In this document: positions 7,522 through 14,862 of the stretch, piece by piece | Numbering within the stretch: position 1 is the first letter of the stretch | How the letters are laid out: the number at the start of each line of letters is the position of its first letter | Origin: Microcystaceae cyanobacterium | GTDB lineage: Bacteria > Cyanobacteriota > Cyanobacteriia > Cyanobacteriales > Microcystaceae | Length of the DNA stretch: 16,495 nucleotides | Direction: 5' to 3' | Assembly (NCBI GenBank): GCA_041746575.1 | Contig: JBGTGT010000009.1 | Span: 1 to 16,495, forward strand | Notes under the pieces: model-generated | Database searches by the model: none | Told to the model about the DNA's origin: nothing | What the model saw: the letters and a program-made list of their open reading frames with translations, nothing else | Made by a program: the position numbers and the translations under genes

Positions 7522-9237
7522 ATGTTGAAAAATTTACCGCAAACGGCCGTTTTAGCTACCTTTTCTGCTTTATCTTTCGCCTTGCTACCTGAAAACGTTT
7601 TAGCTGTCACGTTTAAACTGGAGGAAGCAACAGTTAGCAGTATCAATCAGGCTTTTGATCAAAATATTCTCACGTCAGAAAAGTTAGTGAACATGTATTT
7701 AAACCGTGTTGAGAATTATGATGGGTTCCTCAATTCCTTAATTACAGTCAATCCTGCTGCCTTACAAATAGCCAGAGATTTAGATATCGAACGTCAAGTT
7801 AGCGGACCAAGAAGTATCTTGCATGGTATTCCCATCATTTTAAAAGACAACTTCGACACCTTTGACTTGCCGACTACGGCTGGCTCAGTAACCCTTATAG
7901 ACTCTATTCCGCCTGATGATGCTTATCTCGTGCGACAATTACGGGAGGCGGGGGCGATCATCTTTGCGAAGGCCAACATGGACGAATGGGCGCATGGTGG
8001 GGGAGGTTCATACAGTTCGGTTATCGGACGAACCTTCAACCCGTATGACTTCAATCGGCTGCCTGCGGGGTCGAGCGGTGGGCCAGGAGCATCTATTGCG
8101 GCGAATTTCGGAGTGATTGGCTTTGGTAGTGACACTGGAGGTTCGATTCGCGGTCCAGCGGCAGCAAATGGATTAGTGGGGATTAAGCCCACTTTGGGCT
8201 TGACGAGTCGAGATGGCATTGTTCCCTTTTCTCTAACGCTGGATACGGGAGGTCCGCTAACGAGAACCGTGACGGATGCTGCCATTGCTCTCGGCTTCAT
8301 GACGGGGATCGATCCTAATGATCCTGCCACCCTTGACAGTGAAGGGAAATTTTATCAAGACTATACTCAATTCTTGACTCCAAACGCACTTGAAGGCGCA
8401 CGGATTGGGGTTGCCAGAGATTTCTTTGGCAGAAATGCTGAGGTTGATGGAGCGATTGAGCAAGCGATCGCTAATATTCAGGCATTAGGAGCAACGATTG
8501 TGGATTCGATTACTTTTCCAACAGATGTCCTGGCGGCTCGTGGCAATATCTACAGTACAGTTTCTGATACAGAGTTTAAGTATCAAATTGCCGACTATTT
8601 AGCAACCTTGTCGCCTGATTATCCCAAAACCTTGGCTGAAGTCATTGCCATTAGCGAGTCGCCAGAAGTGGTTAATTCTCAATTTCCGGTTAGTCCAGTC
8701 GTTTTAGCCCGTCTCTACGAGGCAGAAGTGAGAGAACCCTTAGACAATCCCGAATATTTAGATGCCTTAATTAATGGCAGAGCTTTAATTACTAACACAA
8801 CCCTAAGTATCTTAGAAGCCAACGATCTTGATGCTTTGATTTATCCCACCTCCGGCTGTCCAGCGGGGCCTCGTCCTGGGTTTATCGATCCTAACTATGT
8901 CTGTGCGCCTGGTACTTCAGCAACGAATATCGCTAATCTCACTGGGTTGCCCGACATACAGGTTCCGGCAGGATTTACCGACGATGGACTGCCTATCGCC
9001 TTATCCTTCTTTGGACGAGCTTATAGCGAACCTGATCTGATTGGATATGCTTATGCTTACGAGCAAGCGACACTTCATCGTCGTCCTTCTTCTCTGTTGC
9101 CTCCGCTTCCCGGTGAGACAACTTCCGTACCCGAACCTAGTGCTGTCATTGGGTTAGGGATTTTCGGTCTTGCCGCTTTAGGCTTGAAGCGCAAACCACA
9201 GCTTAACGCTATTAGTCGTTTGGCTCGTCGAAGCTAG
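7522..9237 (+). CDS. Secreted amidase-signature enzyme with PEP-CTERM, copy 3
   Basis: Signal peptide ending VLA; LHGIPIILKDN, AGSSGGPGAS, GSDTGGSIRGPA; VPEPSAVIGLGIFGLAALGLKRK. Confidence 0.93.
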   Translation: MLKNLPQTAVLATFSALSFALLPENVLAVTFKLEEATVSSINQAFDQNILTSEKLVNMYLNRVENYDGFLNSLITVNPAALQIARDLDIERQVSGPRSILHGIPIILKDNFDTFDLPTTAGSVTLIDSIPPDDAYLVRQLREAGAIIFAKANMDEWAHGGGGSYSSVIGRTFNPYDFNRLPAGSSGGPGASIAANFGVIGFGSDTGGSIRGPAAANGLVGIKPTLGLTSRDGIVPFSLTLDTGGPLTRTVTDAAIALGFMTGIDPNDPATLDSEGKFYQDYTQFLTPNALEGARIGVARDFFGRNAEVDGAIEQAIANIQALGATIVDSITFPTDVLAARGNIYSTVSDTEFKYQIADYLATLSPDYPKTLAEVIAISESPEVVNSQFPVSPVVLARLYEAEVREPLDNPEYLDALINGRALITNTTLSILEANDLDALIYPTSGCPAGPRPGFIDPNYVCAPGTSATNIANLTGLPDIQVPAGFTDDGLPIALSFFGRAYSEPDLIGYAYAYEQATLHRRPSSLLPPLPGETTSVPEPSAVIGLGIFGLAALGLKRKPQLNAISRLARRS

Positions 9238-9376
9238 CTGTTTTTTGGATGTTGCTTACCTTGGGGCTAATATAAAATTAATCGTCCAGCTTCGCTCGAC
9301 TTAAAGGTTATCGGAAGGAATCAAATGATGGGAGGTTTTAAGATTAACTTCTAGCTCATAAATCAGTAACTATTTT

Positions 9377-9399
9377 GCCTTTAACAAGGCTTTTTTTTT
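9377..9399 (+). terminator. Candidate rho-independent terminator downstream of the amidase cluster
   Basis: GCCTT-TAAC-AAGGC followed by T9; the stem is short. Confidence 0.5.
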
Positions 9400-9494
9400 G
9401 AGAATTTATTACTCAAAAAGCATGATTACTACGACTAAAAATAATACTAATATATTGACTAAAAACTTTAAGCAATCTTTTTCTTGGCTTTTTT

Positions 9495-10021
9495 CTGACG
9501 TTTCTCCAAAAAATAGACAAGCATGAGTTAGCCATTTTTCCATTTTTCTCTTCCCCATTTTTACCGTTGTCGAAGTTTCATAAATGTCTCGAAACTCTTC
9601 TTTAAGCTCATAAGCTATCCTTAAACAAGGTGATTCTCTCAAAACTTCTTGAAGTTTTTTCATATCTTCTTCAGTTAAATCTGCTTTGTTTTTAAGTAAT
9701 ATCGTTCGATTTTCTAAGCCTTTTAAACCTAAGAAAAGACGAATTTTGTTTAGGGATTGATTGACTAACTTCATGACATGAAATCTATCAATCACAATCG
9801 CCGCATTCGGGAAAACTTCTTGAATAACTTTCGGAAACCCTCCCCACATATCCACTGAAACTTCTTTGACATTTTCTCTAATTTCTAAGGATATCTTCTC
9901 TAGTTCTTCTATAATTTCATTACTCAGGGAGATTGAGTAGATGATCTAGGTGAAAGTCCATGATCCTTCCTAGGTAAAATGTAGCTTGAGCTACATTTTA
10001 CCCCACTTTGTCCGAAGAGCC
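9495..10021 (-). mobile_element. ISL3-family remnant (left end, internally deleted and 3'-truncated transposase)
   Basis: Left end GGCTCTTCGGACAAAGTGGGG at 10021. ATG at 9961 gives MDFHLDHLLNLPE, which jumps near 9923 to ...VKEVSVDMWGGFPKVIQEVFPNAAIVIDRFHVMK...AYELKEEFRDIYE. Resemblance is lost near 9495 (approximate). Confidence 0.85.
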
Positions 10022-10071
10022 TGAACCAAGAATCCCAGCACAAAGCGTAGCGACGTGCGGGGGAGTGTCAA
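10022..10071 (+). mobile_element. IS200/IS605-family right-end remnant (tnpB 3' end / omega-RNA end)
   Basis: GAACCAAGAATCCC...GGGGAGTGTCAA resembles the cyanobacterial IS605-type right-end hairpin and ends in TCAA exactly where the mazF homology starts. Confidence 0.65.
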
Positions 10072-10387
10072 TATGCAACTCTTGATCCGTCTATTGGTTC
10101 AGAAATCGCTAAACGCCGTCCTGTTTTGATTGTTAGCAATGATATTAACAACCAAGCAGCCACAAAGCGCGATCAGTGTGCCGATTACCTCTAATGTGAC
10201 CAAAGTGTACTCATTTGAGGTTTTCTTAAAACCATCAGATAGTGGTTTATCAAAACCTTCCAAAGTACAAGCACAGCAAATTAGAACAATTTCTAAAAAG
10301 CGGATAAGTGGTCAATGTCAAGGGAGGCCAAAAGAAGATTTAATGCAGTTAGTGGAATCAGCTATTAGACTGCGCCTTGCTATATAA
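10072..10387 (+). pseudogene. mazF: MazF/PemK-family toxin, 5'-truncated and frameshifted
   Basis: Frame from 10072: YATLDPSIGSEIAKRRPVLIVSNDINNQAA. After a shift near 10165-10180: VPITSNVTKVYSFEVFL...GLSKPSKVQAQQIRTISKKRI. No start codon or antitoxin present. Confidence 0.88.
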
Positions 10388-10564
10388 GAAGCTTGGGATT
10401 AAATTCAAAAACTTTTCAACTCTCATCCCCAAAAATCACTCCTCCAAAATCTCTTCTCGCTGCAAGCGCGCCGCAGACGACTCCGAACTCAGGTTTCATA
10501 TCAACGGAAGTCAAGACTCTGCCAGAAGTCCACCCTAATCAGTTCGCACATTTTGAGATTTTAA

Positions 10565-10582
10565 GTTACAAAAGTTAATAAA
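10565..10582 (+). promoter_or_regulatory. HLR1-like repeat upstream of cruF
   Basis: GTTACAAA-AG-TTAATAAA: first half-site perfect, second 6/8. Confidence 0.45.
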
Positions 10583-10627
10583 GATGTGTCAACTTTTGAT
10601 TAACCCAACAATTTTGAGGGCAAAAAA

Positions 10628-11539
10628 TTGGTATTGATAAGTACATTAGTTCGCTTTGAGCGCATTTTTTTAGTGGGTCATATTCTTTCGATGGCTTTTG
10701 GGCTAGCTGGACTGCTGTTAGTGTTGCCCCATCCTGATTTCGTCGCTAATCTGCCAACCCTAGGTAAAATCGCCTTTAGTTGGTCGATGGCAGGAGGCGG
10801 TGTCATCTATATGCTTTTGGGAACGGCTGCAGTAGCGGTTTATGCTTACCGAACATTAGGACTCTGGCACTGCTTAGGTTTCATGCTTCCCTCTATTAGC
10901 ATTTCCCTAGGAAGTGAGTTATTAGGAACCAGCACAGGCTTTCCCTTCGGTCATTATCGCTATCTGACGGGATTAGGATATAAGATTGCTGGGTTAGTTC
11001 CCTTTACGATTCCTCTGTCTTGGTTTTATTTAGGATTTAGTGCTTATATCATTTCTCGTGCTGGTTTAGAGCAGCATCCGCATACTAAGCGACAATTATT
11101 GAGCATAATCTTGCTAGGTGCCATTCTATTAACTTCTTGGGATTTCGTTCTCGACCCAGCTATGACCCAAACGACAATGCCTTTTTGGATTTGGGAACAG
11201 CCAGGTGCTTTCTTCGGGATGCCCTATCAGAATTTTGCTGGCTGGTTGGGAACGGGAGTTATCTTCATGACAGTAGCAACACTGATTTGGAAAGTCAAAC
11301 CGGTGATTTTACCTCGCACTCAATTAAGCTTGCCTTTAGCCATCTATCTCAGTAATTTTGCTTTCGCCACCATTATGAGCATTGCGGCGGGAATTTATCC
11401 TTCAATTTTGTTGGGAATCGTTCTAGGATTAATTCCCGCTTTAGTCCTTTATAAAATGGCAATATCTCAGATAGACGCAATTGATCGAACCTCTTTCGAC
11501 TCAGAAAAAGCAGATTTAGCAGCAGCGAAATTACTCTAA
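10628..11539 (+). CDS. cruF: Carotenoid 1'-hydroxylase/1,2-hydratase CruF (myxoxanthophyll pathway)
   Basis: Polytopic membrane protein with GHILSMAFGLAGLLLV, SELLGTSTGFPFGHYRY, VPFTIPLSWFY, WDFVLDPAM, FFGMPYQNFAGW; adjacent to cruG. Confidence 0.9.
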   Translation: MVLISTLVRFERIFLVGHILSMAFGLAGLLLVLPHPDFVANLPTLGKIAFSWSMAGGGVIYMLLGTAAVAVYAYRTLGLWHCLGFMLPSISISLGSELLGTSTGFPFGHYRYLTGLGYKIAGLVPFTIPLSWFYLGFSAYIISRAGLEQHPHTKRQLLSIILLGAILLTSWDFVLDPAMTQTTMPFWIWEQPGAFFGMPYQNFAGWLGTGVIFMTVATLIWKVKPVILPRTQLSLPLAIYLSNFAFATIMSIAAGIYPSILLGIVLGLIPALVLYKMAISQIDAIDRTSFDSEKADLAAAKLL

Positions 11540-11561
11540 CAACTTCAGGAGCGATATTTAA

Positions 11562-12779
11562 GTGAATTGGCTGGCTGGATTACCTTTTCAGACGATCTTA
11601 GGAGCGTTTTCTTTGGGACTATTAGGATTTCAAGGAACGGCAACCCTAATCTTGCTATCTCGTCTGATTAAAGGTGCTAACCGTTGTCCTCCCCTTACTC
11701 CCGGCCACTTATCCCCCGAAAGGCGAGGAATCGTTAGTGTTATCGTTCCTACTCTCAATGAAGCCGAACGGATTGACCCTTGTCTTATCAGTTTAAGCCA
11801 GCAGGGTGAAGAGGTACGGGAATTCATTGTCGTTGATAGTAACTCTCAAGATGGCACGCAAGAACGGATTAAAGCGGTTGCACGCAGAGATCCTCGCTTT
11901 CGCCTCATTACCGACGATCCTTTGCCGTTGGGGTGGATAGGTCGTCCTTGGGCATTACAGACCGGATTTTTACATAGTTCTCCCGACAGTGAATGGATTT
12001 TGGGGATTGATGCTGATACTCAACTGCAACCGAAATTAGTCGCCAGTCTTATCGCTGTTGCCCAAGAAGGAGGGTATGATATCTTGTCACTCTCACCTCA
12101 ATTTATTTTGAAATATCCGGGGGAATGGTGGTTGCAACCAGCGTTGCTGATGACGCTTTTATATCGTTTCGATAGTGCAGGTGTGACAGGACAGCTACCA
12201 GAACAGGTTATGGCTAACGGTCAATGTTTTCTATCTCGCCGTTCGGTGTTGGATCGGTTGGATGGTTATAATCGTGCGGCAGGTTCTTTCTGCGATGACG
12301 TTACCTTGGCTCGTTATGCAGCAAGGCAGGGGTTTAAAGTGGGATTCCTCGATGGGGCAAAACTGCTGCGAGTGAGGATGTACGAGGGAATGAAAGAAAC
12401 TTGGCGAGAGTGGGGACGATCGCTCGATCTTAAAGATGCTTCTAGCAAGGCTCAACTGTGGGGAGATTTAGCTTTGCTAGGATTGACCCAAGCCCTACCT
12501 TTACCCGCCTTAATCTTACTGAGCAGTAGTTTGAGTTTCTGGGATCTCTTTTTGACATTGAAGTTAGCGATCTCTCTCAATGTATTTTTACTCTTTATCC
12601 GTTTCGCTTTGCTGTGGGCGATTAGTCCTTCTTACTATCGCAACGAGCAATCTGCATCTGCATCGTGGCTATTTTGGTTATCTCCTCTCGCTGACCCGTT
12701 GGCGGTTTTGAGAATCTTTCTATCTGCACGACAACAACCTAAACAGTGGCGGGGAAGGATTTACCAAAGCTGCAAGTAA
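11562..12779 (+). CDS. cruG: GT2 carotenoid 2'-O-glycosyltransferase CruG
   Basis: VSVIVPTLNEA, VVDSNSQDGT, GWIGRPWAL, GIDADT, MANGQC, SFCDDVTLAR, VRMYEG..ETWREWGRSLDLKDA, WRGRIY; 22 nt downstream of cruF. Confidence 0.9.
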   Translation: MNWLAGLPFQTILGAFSLGLLGFQGTATLILLSRLIKGANRCPPLTPGHLSPERRGIVSVIVPTLNEAERIDPCLISLSQQGEEVREFIVVDSNSQDGTQERIKAVARRDPRFRLITDDPLPLGWIGRPWALQTGFLHSSPDSEWILGIDADTQLQPKLVASLIAVAQEGGYDILSLSPQFILKYPGEWWLQPALLMTLLYRFDSAGVTGQLPEQVMANGQCFLSRRSVLDRLDGYNRAAGSFCDDVTLARYAARQGFKVGFLDGAKLLRVRMYEGMKETWREWGRSLDLKDASSKAQLWGDLALLGLTQALPLPALILLSSSLSFWDLFLTLKLAISLNVFLLFIRFALLWAISPSYYRNEQSASASWLFWLSPLADPLAVLRIFLSARQQPKQWRGRIYQSCK

Positions 12780-12854
12780 TTATCAATTCATAAACTGGCG
12801 GGGAGAATTCCCGAATTTGGTGAATTATAATCGTTTTGTGGAGCGGTAGCTTGC

Positions 12855-12921
12855 GTAGGGTGGGTTAGGGGGTAGCTATCTGTGATACTGATGAGTTATT
12901 AAATATCCACCGTAACCCACC
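12855..12921 (+). repeat. GTAG-type REP-like palindromic element
   Basis: GTAG tetranucleotide followed by GGTGGGTTA (12859-12867), whose exact inverse TAACCCACC is at 12913-12921. Confidence 0.6.
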
Positions 12922-12966
12922 AACCATAAGTCTTTGAGAGGTCTTAAGATTTACTTTATAAATACC

Positions 12967-13372
12967 CTCTAAATCTTCAATTATACTGATAAAGTTACTA
13001 TGACTTTCCCCCTATAAACTATCTGCTAATACTCTTTTGATTTTAAATCCTCTTTCTTTTAGTTCCTTAACTATTTCTATAGCGATTTCTGGCTTGGTTT
13101 TATATTTATCCCCTTTCCAGGGTGATTCCGTTAAGAAATGTAGTAATCCCTGCTCATTTTTTAACCCGACTAACTTGGCGATCTCAGGCAAACTTTTCCT
13201 TTTTATATCATTGATTATTCCTAACTGAAGATATTTAAACGATTCATAAGCTCTAACTTCTACAAATAAATCTCTATAGAGTTCACAGTAAGTATCAACA
13301 CATTTTACCGTCATTTGAGGAGGGAGAGGCTTAACCCTAGTCTCTGTCTGATTTTTAGACTTTTTTCTTCAT
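12967..13372 (-). pseudogene. IS701-family transposase remnant
   Basis: TVKCVDTYCELYRDLFVEVRAYESFKYLQLGII..KRKSLPEIAK..LLHFLTESPW is fused (internal deletion near 13116) to KYKTKPEIAIEI..VLADSL*GESHSNFISII. It has a premature TAG, and the upstream ATG at 13372 is out of frame. Confidence 0.85.
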
Positions 13373-13382
13373 TGTACCTCTC

Positions 13383-13616
13383 CTAGAGTGATGAAAGAGG
13401 GATAACTAGCTTGTCTTCATGCCAACCAATATTCTTCTCCCAAACCTGTGGCTGAGAATCATATCTAAGCTCATAAACTTTAGCATTCGTTAACTCTTCT
13501 AATCGAATATATTCCAAATAAGCCTCGAAAATGGCTTTAATTTTCTCCCAATTTAAGGAGGGTTCGGAAGCATCGAGAGACGAAGTTAGGTTAGGGGATC
13601 TTTCAAGATCAAACAT
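13383..13616 (-). CDS. Hypothetical protein, 77 aa, possibly the N-terminus of a longer truncated gene
   Basis: AGGA RBS and ATG. The stop falls in a CTAG about 10 nt from the IS701 remnant. No family recognised. Confidence 0.45.
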   Translation of the reverse strand: MFDLERSPNLTSSLDASEPSLNWEKIKAIFEAYLEYIRLEELTNAKVYELRYDSQPQVWEKNIGWHEDKLVIPLSSL

Positions 13617-13750
13617 TTAGTCCTATCACTCTTCACTTTAATTCAGGAATTTCTGTCAACAGGAATTTGAGTTGACAGCCTTTTTCACTATCGTAGCGAA
13701 GCCTCAGTGATTTGGATAAAATTGTTATTGGAGAGTTTGAGAGTCTCTTA

Positions 13751-13770
13751 TACCCGTAACGTTACGGGTA
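13751..13770. other. Candidate parS centromere site, downstream of parB
   Basis: Perfect 20-bp palindrome TACCCGTAACGTTACGGGTA about 140 nt beyond the parB stop; duplicated inside parB. Confidence 0.75.
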
Positions 13771-13911
13771 ACAAAATCAGTCAATCCTTTTCAATTCAAC
13801 CTAAATCTTTTCCTCAATATGACAAAATATTTTTAACCCGTCAGACAAGTTAGGAGAAGCATTAACAATCATAGGAGAATGATCTTCTATTTCTAAAAAC
13901 CGTTATTAAAA

Positions 13912-14859
13912 TTACTCATCCCCTTGAACTAAAGCTTCCAATTGACCTAATAACTGTTCTAATTGAGATCGCTTGTCGGGATCATCCCAGATTTTTTGTT
14001 GGGTAATTTGTTGATAAGCGACTTTCAATCGTTGAGGAAATCCATTAGCGTTTGAGGGGGATTCGGGTTGAGCAGTTAAGACACGAATTCTTTCTCGAAT
14101 ATCACTCAAGGAAAGATCCTCTGAAATCGCTTCAGTGAGAATTTGCTGACGAATTTCTTCATCCTTCACTCGACCAATAATGGTCGCTTTGGTATAAGCG
14201 ATTTTTCCTTCTCTCAGGGCAGTCAAAATGTCTTCGGGCAATTTTAGCAAGGGTAAGCGATTTCTGACAAAGGACTCCCATTTGGTATGACCTAAACTGT
14301 CAAAAACGGCTTCTACTTGTTCTTTGATTTCATTACCCGTAACGTTACGGGTAACTTTGCCTTTGGCTTCGTTTTGCAGTTTATATAGTAGGGAAGTGAC
14401 TTCTTCAAGGGAATAATTAAGCTGAATGGAGAGTAATTGCAGTATCCCTTCTGTTTCTTCAACGGGGTTGAGGTCTTCGCGTTGGAGATTTTCAATTAAG
14501 GCTAATTGCCATGCCTGTTCATCGGCTAAGTCACGAATAATAACAGGAACTTCGGTTAATTGGGCTTGGGTAGCGGCTCGATAACGTCTTTCCCCGGCCA
14601 CTAATTCATATCCCCCTTTGTCTCTCGGACGAACTAACAAGGGTTGTAAAATGCCGTGTTGTTGAATGGAACTGACTAATTCGGCTAGGGCTTGGGGATC
14701 AAAGTAACGGCGCGGTTGTTGGGAGGGTAAATGAATATCTTGGATAAAGATGAAAGCATCATTCTCTTGGCTTGTTTGTTGGGTTAAAGGGGTTAAGGGT
14801 TCAGCCCAAGGTGCGCCTATGGTACTTTGTAAGGGTTGATTTCGTTTACGAGAGGGCAT
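13912..14859 (-). CDS. parB: ParB/RepB/Spo0J-family partition protein (CTPase)
   Basis: QPRRYFD, SIQQHGILQPLLVRP, YELVAGERRYRA, LIENLQREDLNPVEE, RLPLLKLP; 3 nt downstream of parA. Confidence 0.96.
   Translation of the reverse strand: MPSRKRNQPLQSTIGAPWAEPLTPLTQQTSQENDAFIFIQDIHLPSQQPRRYFDPQALAELVSSIQQHGILQPLLVRPRDKGGYELVAGERRYRAATQAQLTEVPVIIRDLADEQAWQLALIENLQREDLNPVEETEGILQLLSIQLNYSLEEVTSLLYKLQNEAKGKVTRNVTGNEIKEQVEAVFDSLGHTKWESFVRNRLPLLKLPEDILTALREGKIAYTKATIIGRVKDEEIRQQILTEAISEDLSLSDIRERIRVLTAQPESPSNANGFPQRLKVAYQQITQQKIWDDPDKRSQLEQLLGQLEALVQGDE
14333..14354. other. Candidate parS site inside the parB coding sequence
   Basis: Perfect 22-bp palindrome TTACCCGTAACGTTACGGGTAA encoding VTRNVTGN; 14334-14355 is identical to 13751-13772. 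Confidence 0.75.
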
Positions 14860-14862
14860 AAT

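Noticed and set aside
4446..8463. Short overlapping and antisense ORFs inside the amidases (4446, 4492, 6254, 7256, 7916, 7923, 8257)
   Set aside because: Shadow frames; the three similar antisense ORFs simply mirror the conserved Gly/Ser/Ala-rich amidase signature.
3965..9237. Calling the amidases gatA
   Set aside because: Signal peptides, PEP-CTERM tails, triplication and no gatB/gatC are incompatible with cytoplasmic GatA.
9422..9495. Possible start of a fourth secreted gene (MITTTKNNTNILTKNFKQSFSWLFS) cut by ISL3
   Set aside because: Too short, no clear RBS and no resemblance to the amidases.
10393..10578. 61-aa ORF between mazF and cruF
   Set aside because: TTG start, no RBS, no recognisable motif, and it runs into the probable cruF promoter.
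11137..14495. Small nested ORFs at 11137, 11630, 12231, 13037 and 14313
   Set aside because: Fully overlap better-supported genes (cruF, cruG, IS701 remnant, parB).
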